From assembly GCF_963921235.1 (NCBI RefSeq), contig NC_086097.1, positions 122,514,001-122,578,000 on the forward strand: 64,000 nucleotides of DNA, given 5' to 3'. The position numbers were made by a program, and so were the translations under genes. The stretch is from Mobula hypostoma (taxonomy: Eukaryota). Position 1 is the stretch's first letter; the number at the start of each line of letters is the position of its first letter. Positions 50,944 to 64,000 of this stretch are shown here, piece after piece. Under the pieces are notes generated by a model. The model was not told the origin of the DNA, did not search any database, and saw only the letters and a list, made by a program, of their open reading frames with translations.

Positions 50944-51421
50944 ATAAAAATTAAATATCTCTAACCTGATGGCATGAACATTGACTTCTCTAACATCCGT
51001 TAATGCCTCTCCTCCCCTTCGTACCCCATCCCTTATTTATCTATTTATTTATTTATTATCATTATTATGATTTTTTTCTTTCGCCATTTTTCTCCCTTTT
51101 CTCTCCCTCTGTCCCTCTCACTATAGCTCCTTGCCCATCCTCTGGGCTTTACCCCCTTCCCCTTTCTTTCTCCCTAGGTCTCCCATCCCATGATCTTCTC
51201 CCTTCTCCAGCCTCGTATCCCTTTTGCCAATCAATTTTCCAGCTCTTGGCTCCATCCCTCCCCCTCTTGTCTTCTCCTATCATTTTGGATCTCCCCCTCC
51301 CCCTTACACTTTCAAATCTTTTACTATCTCTTCTTTCAGTTAGTACTGATGAAGGGTCTCGGCCCAAAACATCGACTGTACCTCTTCCTATAGATGCTGC
51401 CTACACCAACATTTTTTGTGT
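50944..51421 (+). mobile_element. Penelope-like 3' fragment inserted in the hAT element
   Basis: 14-bp TSD GTGACTTAAATATG (50930-43, 51422-35); homologous to 25855-26330. Confidence 0.9.
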
Positions 51422-51756
51422 GTGACTTAAATATGTATGTTATTTTGTTGTTACTCTGTGCAGATTTATGTCAAATATTTTGTAAACCTACATAGACTGT
51501 CCCATGTGTGCATTCAATGCGCACATACTTTTGTCACAGGAAAAAAATTTGCACAACATAAGGTTTTTGCGCACACTGACTACTAAAAATTAGAGGGAAC
51601 ATTGGTCACCAATACCCCCCACCCTCAGCCACTCTTTGGGAAATCAGACCACCAGGCTGTGCTCCTCCTCCCTGCATACAAACAGATGCTGAATCATGAG
51701 CATCCAGTGCAGAATGTCAAACAGGGCTGGTCTGAGGAAATGGACAAATTTCTGCA

Positions 51757-52250
51757 CAGTGCCTCTTTATAAGGTACAACTGCACACCTACTCGTTGATG
51801 TAAATATCTAATCAGCCAATCATGCGGCAGCAACTCAATGCATAAAAGCATACAGACATGGTCAAGAGGTTCAGGCCAAATATTGGAATGGAGAAATGCT
51901 CAGTGACTTTGACTGTGTAATGTTTGTTGGTGCCTGACAGGGTGGTTTGAATGTCTCAGAAGCTGCTGATCTCCTGGGACTTTCACGGACAATTGTCTCC
52001 AGAGTTTACAGAGAATACTGCAAAAATTGTAAATATCGAGTGAAAAACTGTTCTGGGGGTGAAAACGCCTTGTTAATGAGAGAGGTCAGAGGAGAGTGGC
52101 CAGACAGGTTCAACTGGACAGGATTGCAATAGTAACTCAAATAACCATGCATTTCAACAGTCGTGTGCTGAAGAGTATCTCTAAGAATGCAACCTGTTGA
52201 ACCTTTGACTGGATGGGCTACAGCAGTGAAAGACCACAAACATACACTGC
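51757..52250 (+). mobile_element. Tc1-like non-autonomous element
   Basis: LNVSEAADLLGLSRTIVSRVYREY; homologous to 3928-4436. Another 5' piece lies at 54716-54920. Confidence 0.75.
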
Positions 52251-53989
52251 GTGAACATGACTGCTTTGTGTCAGTAGACTGGTCCAAGTTCAAAGACTTA
52301 GCAGCCAGCCTAGATGAGTATATTACCACCATCACAGACCTTATCAGAGGCCTGTAGAGGACTGTGTACCATAGAGGACAATCCAGCGGTTCTGAAACTG
52401 GAAACCACAGATGAACTTGGGAATCCACTGTCTACTGAAGCATAGGATTGTGGTGTTCATATCTGGTGACACTGCCCTATACAAGAAATTGAGATCTGGT
52501 GTCTATAAAGCTATCAAGGATGCCAAGAGACAGTATTAGTCCAAAATCAACTCAAAGGGTAGCCATCGGTCGTGGCAGGGCTTAGATACCAAAGCGGGCA
52601 ATAAGACAAAGTCAGGCAGCATTACCAATAACAGCACATCCATTTCCATGAGTTTATTGGAATCTCACCACCCACTATGACAGCCTCCAATGTGCCCACA
52701 GTCACTACTGCAACCACAAGATCAGTCTTCCAAAGAGTGGACCTACAGAAAGCATTGGGCCTGGACAGCGTCTCTGGCTATGACATTAGATCCTGAACAG
52801 ATCAGCTAATGGGGTTATCTGCCAACATTTTTAACCTCTCCTTTCTCGAATCTAGGGTTCCCATCTCAGTACCTAAGGAAAACAAGGTAACGTGCGTCAA
52901 TGACTACTGCCTAGCAGCTCTAATATCCCTCATCAATGCTTCAAGAGGCTGGTCATGACAAGCATTAACTACAGCTTCCCAGACCTCAACCCACAGCAAT
53001 GCTGAAACAGGTCCACAGCAGATACCTTCTGCCTGACCCTGGACCATCTAGACAATAGAGACACCCATCTTGGGCTACTGTTTTATTGTCTACAGCTTCA
53101 ATACCATAATTCCAAGCAAATTCATCTGAAAGTTTCTAGAGCTGAGACTCAGCACATCCCATGGGAAGTAGATTCTTGACATCTTGACCCGCTGACTGCT
53201 GTCAGTAAACATAGGGAGCAACATTTTGGCCAAGATTATCCTCTACGCTGGTGCCCCACCAAGTATGCTCTCAGCCCCTTACTCTCTCCTCCCTATGCAG
53301 CCATGATTGTGTGTCCAAATTTTCTCTAATTGCATCCACAAGTTTGCAGATGATATGAGCATAGTAGGTTGTACCTCAAAAACAATGAGTCTGTTTACAA
53401 GAAGATAATGACATAGTGTCACAACGGCAATCATTTTCTCAATGTCTGCAAAGCATAAGAGCTGGTGTTTGACGTCAGGAAAGAGGTGGTACACATACAT
53501 TTGTTTGCATTAACAGTTCTAAGGTCAAGAAGGTTCAAGTTCCAGGAGTGAACATCACTAATAGACTGTCCTGGACAAGCCATTTTGACACCATGGTCAA
53601 GAAAAGTAAGTCATCAGCACCTCAATATCCTCATAAGGCTAAAGAAATATGGCATTCCCATTTGACCCTCATCAATTTTTATCAATGCACTATCCAGATA
53701 CATCACAGCTTGGTATGGCAACTGCTCTGCCTGTGACCACAAGAAACTGCAGAGATGTGGACACAGCTCAGCACATCACAGAAAGCAATCTCCCCTCCAT
53801 GGACTCTGTCTATGTTTCTTGCTGTCTTGCTAAAGCAGCCAGCATAATCAAACACCCCACCAACTTCAGACATGCTCTCTTCTCCCCCTACACACAGGTA
53901 CCATCAGGATTAAGGACAGCTTCTATCCATCTGTTGACACTGGAATGTGTTGCAATACCTGAGGACCGCCCGGACGACATCCTTAGGCT

Positions 53990-54715
53990 ATAGAATCAGA
54001 GAGTCATAGAAAAAGTACAGCACAGAAATAGGCTATTTGACCATTCTAGAAACCCACTGGCTTTCATACCACTACTATCCATGAACCTATCCAAACTTTT
54101 CTTAAATGTCGAAATCAAGTGCACATGCACCACCTGGCTGGCAAGTTGTTCCACACTCTCACAACCCACAGAGTGAAGAAGTTTCCCCTTATGTTCCCTT
54201 TAACATTTCACCTTTCACCTTTAACCCATGACCTCTAGTTGTAGCCCCACAAAACCTCAGTGGAAATAGCCTGCTTGCATTTACCTTATCTATACCCCTC
54301 ATAATTTTATATACCTCATTCAAATCTCTCCTCAATCTTCAACGTCCCAAAGAATAAATTCATAACCTATTCAAGCTTTCCTTATAACTCGGGTCCTCCA
54401 GTCCCAGCAACATCCTTGTAAATTTTCTCTGTACTCTCTCAACCTTATTTATTGTACAACTTTCCTGTGGACAGTTACCCAAAACAGCACACAATACGCT
54501 CAATTATGCCACACCAATGTCTTATACAGCTTTAACATAACATCTCATCTCCTGTACCCAATAATTTGGTTTATAAAGGGCCAATGTGCAGAATATATTT
54601 TTATGACCCTATCTACCTGTGACACCACTTTCAATAAATTATGGACTTGTATTTGCAGATCCCGTCATTCTACTGCCCTCCTCAGTACCCTACTGTTCAC
54701 TGTGTAAGACCTACC
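53990..54715 (-). mobile_element. CR1 LINE 3' fragment
   Basis: Reverse complement of the CR1 RT end and UTR. Confidence 0.7.
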
Positions 54716-54994
54716 CTGACTTTATTAGGAAACTTTGTACACCTGCTCGTTAATGCAACTTTCTAATTAGCCAATCATGTGGCAGTATCACAATGCATAA
54801 AAGCATGCAGACACGGTCAAGAGGTTCAGTTGTTGTTCAGACAAAACATCAAAATGGGGAAGAAATGTGATCTAAGTAACTTTGATCATGGAACAATTGT
54901 TGGTGCCAGAGAGGGTGGGACTGAATAAAGTGGACACCAAGTGTATTTATTTGTCACATGTACATTGAAACATACAGTGAAATACATTGTTTGT

Positions 54995-57690
54995 GTAGTG
55001 GAATACTTTGCCTCTAGTGATCATAGTTTCAGAGTAAATATGGAAAAAGATAGGTCTGGTCCACAGGTTCAGATTCTAAATTGGAGAATGGCCACTTTTG
55101 ACGCTATCAGAAAGGATCTGGTTAGTATGGATTGGGACAGGCTGTTTACTGACAAAGGAGTACTTAGTAAGTGGGAGGCACTCAAAAGTGAAATTTTGAG
55201 AGTACAAAGCTTGTAGGTGCCTGTCAGAATAAAAGGTAAAGATAACAGGTTTAGTGAACTTTATACTTTATACTTTATTGTCGCCAAACAATTGATACTA
55301 GAACATACAATCATCACAGCGATATTTGATTCTGCGCTTCCCACTCCCTGGATTACAAATCGATAGTAAATATTAAAAATTTAAGTTATAAATCATAAAT
55401 AGAAAATAGAAAAATGGAAAGTAAGGTAGGGCAAAAAAACCGAGAGGCAGGTCCGGATATTTGGAGGGTACTGTCCAGATCCGGGTCAGGATCCGTTCAG
55501 CAGTCTGATCACAGTTGGAAAGAAGCTGTTCCCAAATCTGGCCGTACGAGTCTTCAAGCTCCTGAGCCTTCTCCCGGAGGGAAGAGGGATGGAAAGTGTG
55601 TTGGCTGGGTGGGTCGTGTCCTTGATAATCCTGGCAGCACCGCTCTGACAGCGTGCGGTGTAAAGTGAGTCCACGGACAGAAGATTGGTTTGTGTGATGT
55701 TCTGGGCTGTGTTTACGATCTTCTGCAGCTTCTTCCAGTCTTGGACAGGACAACTTCCATACCAGGTTGTGATGCACTCTAGAAGAATGCTTTCTACGGT
55801 GCATCTATAAAAATTAGTGAGGGTTTTAGGGGACAGGCCAAATTTCTTTAGTTTTCTCAGGAAGTAAAGGCACTGGTGGGCCTTTTTGACAGTGAACTCT
55901 GCTTGGTTGGACCAAGTTAGGTCATTTGCGATATTGACCCCGAGCAACTTAAAGCATTTGACCTGTTCCACTTGTGCACGACCATTGTAAATTGGGTCAT
56001 GCGGTCTTCTGAAGTCAACAACCGATTCCTTCGTCTTGCTGACGTTGAGGGATAGGTTATTGTCTTCACACCATGCCACCAGGTTCTTAATTTCCTCTCC
56101 GTACTCAAACTCATCATTACCGGAGATACAGCCTACAATTGTTGTGTCATCAGCAAATTTATATATTGAGTTTGATGGAAACTTGGCTACACAATCATGG
56201 GTGTACAGTGAGTACAGCAGGGGGCTGAGTACACAGCCTTGTGGGGCACCGGTGCTCAGAGTGATTGTAGAGGAGAGCCTGTTCCCTATTTTCACAGCCT
56301 GGGTCCTGTCTGTGAGGAAGTTGAAGATCCAGCTGCAGATCTGAGTGTTAAGGCCCAGGTTCCGGAGCTTAAGAATCAGTTTATTTGGAATGATGGTATT
56401 AAAGGCAGAGCTGTAGTTTTTCAAGAGATGTTGAGGTGCTGGTTAAGAAAAAAAGGAGGTAGATTGGAGCTATAGGTAGGTAGGAACAGATGAGGTACTT
56501 ATGGAGTGTAAGAAATGCAAGAGAACGCAATTAGGAGGCTAAAAGAAGGCATGGGGTTGTCCTAGCAGACAAAGTGAATGAGCATCCTAAGGGATTCTAC
56601 ATATGTTAAGAGTAAAAGCATTGCAATGGATAAAATTGATCCCCTGGAAGATCAGGATGATAATCTATGCGTGGAGCCAAAAGAAATGGGGGAGATTTTT
56701 TGCATCTGTATTTACTCAAGAGATGGACATAGAGTCTGTGGAAGTGAGGCAAAGCAGCAGTGACATGAACCATATACAGTTTACAAAGAAGGAGGTGTTC
56801 GCTGTCTTGAGGCAAATTAGGGTGAATAAATCTCAGGGTCTGTCAAGGTATTCCCTCGGACCCTGTGGAGAAATTGCAGGGGCCCTAGCAGAGATACTTA
56901 AATCATCCTTAGCAACAGGTGTGGTACCAGAGGATTGGAGAATAAGTAATATTGTTACTCTGTTAAGAAAGGCTCTAAAAATAAACCAGGAAATTATAGG
57001 CTGGTAAGCCTTACAGTAGTAGTCATAAAGTTAATGGAAGGTATTCTAACAGACTGGATATATATTTGGATAGACGTGGATTGATTAGGGAAAGTCAACA
57101 TGGCTTCTTGCGGAGTAGGTCATGTCTAAACAAGTTTGTAGAGTTTATTGAGGAAGTTAGTATAGATGTTGATGAAGGCAAGGCAGTGGATGTTGTCTAC
57201 ATGGACTTTGGAAAGGCATTTGACAAGGTCCCGACTGGGAGCTTGGTCAAGAAGGTTCAGTTGCTCAGCATTCAAGATGAGGTAATAAATTGGATTAGAC
57301 ATTGGCTTTGTGGGAGAAGCCAGAGAGTTGTAGTAGATGTTTTCCTCTCTGACAGGAGGCTTGTGACTAGTTGTGTGCTGCAGGGTTCATGCTGTGTCCA
57401 TTGCTGTTTGTCATCTGTATCAGTGATCTGGATGATAATGTGGTTTACTGGATCAGCAAATTTGCAGATGATACCAAGATTGGGGGTGTAGTGGATAGTG
57501 AAGAAGACTATCAGAGCTTGCAGCAGTATCTGGACCAGTTGGAAAAATGGGCTGAAAAATGGCAGATAGAATTTAATGTAGACAAGTGCAAGGAGTTTCA
57601 CTTGGTAGGATCAACCAGGGTAGGTCTTACACAGCGAATGGTAGTGCACTGAGGAGTGCCGTAGAACAAAGGAATCTGGGAACTATTGGT
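54995..57690 (+). mobile_element. Decayed CR1 ORF2 interrupted by a Rex element
   Basis: LASSDHS at 55010; FFASVFT, VPEDWR, SQHGF, DFGKAFDKVP and SKFADDTKIGG after 56416. Confidence 0.85.
55258..56415 (-). mobile_element. Young Rex1/Babar LINE, 5' truncated, open RT frame
   Basis: ORF 55486-56424 has [31 protein letters not shown] and LPSGRR with no stops; (TAAAGTA)n tail; CpGs retained. Confidence 0.95.
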
Positions 57691-59029
57691 AAGTGGGAGG
57701 TCTTCAAAAGTGAAATTAATGAAGAGTAATAAATAAATCTGAATCTGAACTGTAATAAGACTATAGAATGGTTCCCTAGTACAAAAAGATGGACTCTTGA
57801 CCCCACTATCGACTTTGTTATGATCTTGCACCTTATTAGTTACCTGCACTGCCCTTTCTCTGTAACTGTGACATTTTATTCTGCATTCCGTTGTCATTTC
57901 ACCTGCACTACCTCACTGCACCTTTGCAATGAATTGATTTGTATGGTCAGTAGCAAGACAGGTTTTTCACTGCACCTCGGTGTATGTGACATCAATAAAC
58001 CAATTTTCCAGTGTATCTTGAGTAGGGCCTGAGCATTTGCTAATATAGGACAGGACATGACTGACCTGATTTTAACCTGTGCATTAGCATATCCTAATAT
58101 GTATAATGTACATCTGGAGAAAAATGGACCTTTTATTAGTGTTTGATATCTTAATGAACATTGTTGGTTAATAACGATAAGATTGACCTTACTCTTTTGC
58201 AACGTCAAAGTACAGAAGGTGTGTCACATCATTGCCAGAATTTTACCCTTATATAAATCATCTCCAAATAATATTGACACCTCATTTGTTTGAAGGCCAA
58301 GAAATTATATAAATTTCCAACATGTACTGCATAATTTCAGCAAGGATTGGTTAAAGATTTAATGTAAGTATACATGTTCTTATAATATTTATATGCATGG
58401 ATCAATATTCAATTAAGTTCTGTTTTGATTACCCGACTCTGTCCGCACAGTCAGCAAAGTACAACCATTCCTCTGGCATCGCGCCTCACTAAATTTGTCT
58501 GCCAACTCACTTCAAATGTTCATTTTTCTTACTCTCTGATGCCACATCCTACAATTGAAAAATACTACACACCAATTAGTTCAGACTAAGGTCTTCTTCA
58601 TAATGCTGCTACTGAAAAGGAGCTTGATAAGCAAAAGCAACATGTTTATTCCAATTGTCCAACTCCTTTGCAGGCCACATTCTTCTTTGACTGATTTGTG
58701 AAAATTTGTCTTTATTCTATTTATTAACAAAAACATCTGATGGTCAGGACCTGAATAAAATCCAAAGGGGAAATGGAACGTCCGGCCGGATATTTGACTG
58801 GCAGATCAGTGTGGACATAGAACATAGAACATGGAAATACACAGGCCCTTCGGCCCACAATGTTGTACCGACCATGTAACTTACTCTAGAAACTGCCTAG
58901 AGTTACCCTACGGCATAGCCCTCTATTTTTCTAAGCTCCATGTCCCTAACCAAGAGTGTCTTAAAAGACCCTATTGTATCCACCTCCACCACCGTCACTA
59001 CCCCCTAATCAGATTATGTCTCTCTAAAT

Positions 59030-60435
59030 GCTCATAAATCCTGCCTCTCAGGATCTTCAACAACTTACCCACTACTGAAGTAAGACTCACTGGCCTATAA
59101 CTTCCATGGGTTATCTCTACTGCCTTTCTTGAACAAGGGAACAACATTTCCAACCCTCCAATCCTCTGGTACCTCTCCCATCCCTATTGATGATGCAGAG
59201 ATCATTGCCGGGGCTCTGCAATCTCCTCCCTCGCTTCCCACAGTAGCCAGGGGTATATCTCGTCCGGTCCCACGACTTATCTAGCTTAATGCTTTTCAAA
59301 AGCCCCAGCACATCCTCTTTCTTAAAGCCTATATGCTTAAACGTTTCCGTCCACTGTAAGTCATCCTCACAATTGCCAAAGTCCTTTTCCCTGGTGAATA
59401 CTGAAACAAAGTATTTATTAAGTACCTCCGTTACCTCTTCTGACTCTGTGCACACATTTCCACTATCATACTTGGTTGGTCCTATTCTCACACGGCTCAT
59501 CCTCTTGCTCTTCATATACTTGTAGAATGCCTTGGGGTTTTCCTTAATCCTGCTCACCAAAGCCTTCTCATCGCCCCTTTTAGCTCTCCTCATTTCATTC
59601 TTAAGCTCCTTCCTGGCAACCTTATACTTTTCTAGAACTCTATCAGTACCTAGTTTCTTGAACCTTTCATAAGCTTTTCTTCTTAACTAGATTTTCCACA
59701 TCTTTTTTGCACCATGGTTCTTTTACTCTACCACACTTTTCCTGCCTCAATGGAACATACCCATGCAGAACGCCATGAAAATGTTCCCTAACCATTTGCT
59801 ACATTTCTGCTGTACATTTCCCTGAGAACATCTGCTCCCAGTTTATGTTCCCAAGTTCCTACCTAACAGCATCATATTTCCCCCTGCCCCAATTAAATGT
59901 TTTCCCAATTTGTCTGCTCCTATCCCTCTCCAGCACTATGGTAAAGGAGATAGAGTTGTAACCACTACCTCCAAAATGCTCTCCCACCGAGAGATCTGAC
60001 ACCTGACCAGATTCAGTTCCCAATACCAGATCAAGTACAGCCACTCCTCCAGATGGCTTATCTATGTAATGTGTCAAGAAGCCTTCCTGAACACACTGAA
60101 CAAACTTTTTCCCATCTAAACCTCTTCCTCTAAGGAGAAGCCAATCAATATTAGGAAAGTTAAAATCACCCATCACAACAACCTTATTATTATTGCACCA
60201 TTCCTGAATATGTCTCCCTATCTGCTCTTTGATATCACTGTTACTATGGGGGGGGGTCTAGAAAAACACCCAATACATCTCTTGCCTCCTTCCTGTTTCT
60301 GACTTCCACCCACACTGACTCAGTAGATAATCCCTCCATGACTTCCTCCATTTCTGCAACCATGACACTATCTCTAATTAGCAATGCCACGCCTCTACCT
60401 CTTTTGCCTCCCTCCCTGTCTTTTCTGAAACATCT
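59030..60435 (-). mobile_element. Decayed CR1 ORF2 (APE to linker)
   Basis: GRGVALLIR, ESVWVEVR, MGDFNFPNIDW, LDLVL, NPKAFYKY, YFVSVFT. Confidence 0.85.
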
Positions 60436-60494
60436 GGGTTTTTGAAAACCAGACCCAGTAAGTTGTTGGTGGGTTCCAGAGTCTACAAGGAGCA

Positions 60495-60900
60495 AAGCCA
60501 GAAGAAAGCAGCATCATTATCATCAAGATTCTCAACATCCAGGTCATGATCTCTTCTTGTTACTGCCACTGGGAAGGAGATACGGGAGCTTCTCCCACAC
60601 CATCAGGTTCAGGAACAGTTATTACCCATTAACCATCAGGCTCCTAAACTGGTGTGGGTAACTTCACTCACCCCAACTCTGAACTGGTTCCACAACCTAC
60701 AGACTCACTTTCAAGGACTCTACAACTCATGTTCTCAGTGTTATTTACTGTATTTGCACATTTTGTTTTCTTTTGCACATTGGTTGCTTGTCAGCCTTTG
60801 TGTGTAGGTTTTCATTGTTCTACTGTGAATGAATGCAAGAAGATTAATTTTGAGGTTGTATATTGTGATATGGACATACTTTGACAATAAATTGACCTTG
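60495..60900 (+). mobile_element. Rex1/Babar 3' fragment
   Basis: KAASL...LLPLGRRY remnant and the common 3' tail. Confidence 0.65.
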
Positions 60901-62799
60901 GAATTTAAGTCAGAGTTCCCTGCAGGCAGGAGGAATGTGTTCCGATGACTTATGGGTTTGTGAATCGGAGAGACTTGATTTTTGAGGCCTAGTGTTTGGG
61001 TTTCCATGATTAGCTATGCCAGATTTTGAAACTGATGATTGGTGTGTCATGGAATCAATGCCAAGGATCGAGGCCCAAGGACGAACTGCAAGTCCAGAAG
61101 TCAAGATGCCTGGAAACGAGTCTGTGAATCTCTGCAAGTTTGCCGGCGATGTCAAACCAATATCTGCAGGCTCAAGTTCATGGCCGATGGAGGATGGAGC
61201 TGGAAGCTTGCCCAGGGGTTAAAGGACTGAGTATGAGCATGGGTGGGAAGGAGGAATGGTGCTTGTTTTATGCTGTTATTGTTTGTTACTTGTTCTGTGT
61301 TGCTCAGCTAGCATTTTGTGCGTGCCGTGTTGGCGCTCGATTGTGCGGACACACTTGCGGGCTGCCCCCTACACATCGTCAGGCATGTTGGTTGTTCATG
61401 TAAATGGTGCATTTCAATGTATGCTTTAATACATGTGTTAAATTAAATTGACTCTTGGGTTTGATTTTAAATTAACATCTATCTCCTATTCTGATTGATT
61501 TCTTGCATCTTCTCATTTAAGAATATTGATTACATTGTCAATTGGACAGTGTATGAGAAATGAATTCATATTGACTGCCCTTGTTGAGTTTTGCTTCCCA
61601 CACTCCCCTCCTCCCACCTGCTTTGTGACTGTCACTGATAATGGTAAAACTGCTTCCTAACTGGGAGGGCACCTACTGCCTAATGAATTCATAAGTGTTT
61701 GTTGCTTATACAGAGAAAAATTATTTAAATCAGCAGAAACAGAATTTAAAAAAACAATCATATTGAGATGCTTTGCTTCATCAAAAAGGGATTATCATGT
61801 TGGGAACCTTGCCACAGGAAATTTTTCATCAGCTTAAAATGAATGTAGATCAATTCAAATAGAGGCTTATACATGAAGTATAGAATAATATTTTGGTGAA
61901 TATTTTAGCTATAGTGAAGTCACTAAATATGAATAAAAAAGCAAGTCTATTCAACTTTGTCCTCACTATATTAAATAGAAATTGACGCCTCAATCATGTG
62001 TATGGGCAATTATCTAGTAAAACCTTTTTATTTATAAATTTGTTTTTCAGAATGTTGGGATCACTGATAAAACTACCATTTTATTGCCCATTTAATACTG
62101 CTTTTCAGAAGAGCTAATTGTTGACTTCAGGAAGGGGAAGGAGGGAAAACGTGCACCAGCCTACACTGAGGGATCAGTGGTAGAGAGGGTCAGCTGCTTT
62201 AAATTTCTGGGCGTTAACATATTGGATGACCTGTCTTGGACCCAGCACATAGATGCAATCATAGAGTGGTATTGCACATCACACCTCCTGGATGGTTTAA
62301 AGATATAGCAAAATATTTTTCATAATTCTGGATACCCAGCCTATGAACTTTCTTGTAGCCATGGTACTTGTAGAGTTACCCAGCATAGAAACAGATGCTA
62401 CAATCTACCAATTTTGCCAGCAAGCATTCATTTACACTAATCCTACAGTTATCCCATTCTCCACATATTCCCAACTGGGAGACAATAAAAATGCTAATAT
62501 ATGTGACAGTTCAACTTGAGTTACCAGACAATGGTGATCCCCATAAAGTTAGTTGATGGTGAGATTTGGTGATATTATTGGCTTTTAATATCAAAGGTAG
62601 GTTCCAGAACTCTTCAGATGTGAATGGACATTGCCAGTTTCTACTGTTACCTGCCATGTATCATTCAGGACATGAATGCTGCCTTGGCCTTCCTTCATGC
62701 AGGCACGGGCTGTTTCATCTTCTGAATGGAATGTTATACAACCTTCAGAAAATGTCCTCACTTCTGATCTGATGATAAAATGAGCAGATATTGATGAAA

Positions 62800-64000
62800 C
62801 AGTTGATATTCTGAAAAGGGAGGGTAAGCAACCAGAAGTTGTGGTACATATTGGTACAAACGACATAGGTAGAAAAAGAGAGGATGTCCTGAAAGCACAA
62901 TACAGGGAATTAGAAAGGAAGCTGAGAAGCAGGACTTCAAGGTAGTAATCTCAGGATTGCTGCCTGTGCCACGCGACAGTGAGGATAAGAATAGAATGAG
63001 GTGGCAGATAAATGCGTGGATAAAAAACTGGAATAGGGGCCTGGGATTCAGATTTCTGGACAATTGGGAGCTCTTCTGGGGCAGGTGGGACCTTCACAAA
63101 AGAGATTGGTTGCACTTGAACCCGAGGGGGGCCAATATCCTTGTGGACAGGTTGAGTAGCACTGTTGGGAGTTTTTTAAACTAATATGGCAAGTATCATA
63201 GATCTGCTGATGAGCCAGCAGGTTTACTACCAGATGATGGATATAACATGAATGTAAGGATGGACAAGTCAGTGACTGGGCACAAATGCAGACAGAGCAA
63301 AGAGTTAAATTGTACCACAGAGGTAAAATTCAAAAGGGCAAAGAATTCTGGACTGAAGATGCTATATTTAAATGCATGCAGCATTCAGAATAAGGTGGAT
63401 GAACTTGTGGTGCAATTAGAGATTGGTATGATGTTGTGGGCATCACTGAGTTGTGGCTGAAAGAAGGCCATAGTTGGGAGCTTAACATCAAAGGATATAC
63501 TTTGTATTGAAAGGACAGGCAGGAAGGCATAGGCAGTGGTGTGGGTCTGTTGGTAAGAGATCTTTTGAAAGAGGTGACATAGGGTCAGAGAATGTTTAAT
63601 CTTTGCAGGTGGAGTTATGAAACTGAAAGGGTAGAAGAACCATTATGGGAGTCATATCCAGGCCTCCAAATAGTAACCAAGATGTGGGGTTTAGATTGCA
63701 AAGGGAGCTGGATAAGGCATGTAGCAAAGATAATGACACAGTTATAATGACACAATTATAATGGGGGACTTCAATATGCAAGGGGACTGGGAAAATCAGG
63801 GTGGTGTTGGATTGCAAAGGAGGGAATTTGTTGAATGCCTACAATACAGCTTTTTAGAGCAGCTTGTGCTTGAGTCTACTTGGGGAAAGGCTATCTTAGA
63901 TTGGGTGTTGTGTAATAACTCAGATCCTATTAGGGGGCTTAACGTAAAGGAACCTTTTGGAGACGGTGATCATAATATGATTGAATTCATACTGCAACTG
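62800..64000 (+). mobile_element. Decayed CR1: ORF1 esterase end and ORF2 APE start
   Basis: PEVVVHIGTND, LLPVPR, LHLNPRG; then LYLNACSIQNKVDEL and MGDFN. Runs off the window end. Confidence 0.9.

Larger units (their letters stand above)
49693..51604 (+). mobile_element. hAT DNA transposon, internally deleted
   Basis: 15-bp TIRs CATAGTTCCCTCTAA / TTAGAGGGAACATTG; 8-bp TSD GCCACCAA (49685-92) / GTCACCAA (51605-12). Confidence 0.9.
49440..53930 (+). mobile_element. Old Rex1/Babar LINE (APE to RT) hosting hAT and Tc1 insertions
   Basis: PEALFIIAG.FNQA and CPTR-like sequence before 49692; LGKSDH after 51612; RT remnants (GAP..LSPLL, HKFADD) at 53250-53360. Confidence 0.75.

Overview
Vertebrate nuclear DNA, not prokaryotic. 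The repeat families (CR1 with an SGNH-esterase ORF1, Rex1/Babar, Penelope-like, V-SINE/HE1-like, RTE, L1, Tc1, hAT, Gypsy) suggest an intronic or intergenic region of a cartilaginous fish; this is an inference. Most of the window is nested, decayed transposable elements. No host gene could be named; I found only weak candidate exons (18460-18618 on -, 6062-6144 on +). Best-supported elements: a near full-length CR1 LINE (44963-48919), an internally deleted hAT transposon with TIRs and an 8-bp TSD (49693-51604), a young Rex1/Babar RT fragment (55258-56415), several Penelope-like fragments and two solo LTRs. Most notable observations: (1) dispersed minimal hammerhead-ribozyme motifs in Penelope ends, one with an intact core at 20687-20724; (2) CR1 ORF2 has no AUG before its endonuclease domain and lies in the -1 frame at a (C/T)TTAAAC slippery-type heptamer, suggesting programmed frameshifting; (3) a non-tRNA, CpG-rich ~630-bp non-autonomous retroelement family with YY1/NRF1 motifs; (4) a ~145-bp direct repeat flanking a CR1 fragment; (5) multi-level TE nesting. 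All calls were made by eye with no database searches. Boundaries of decayed repeats are approximate, to within tens of bp.
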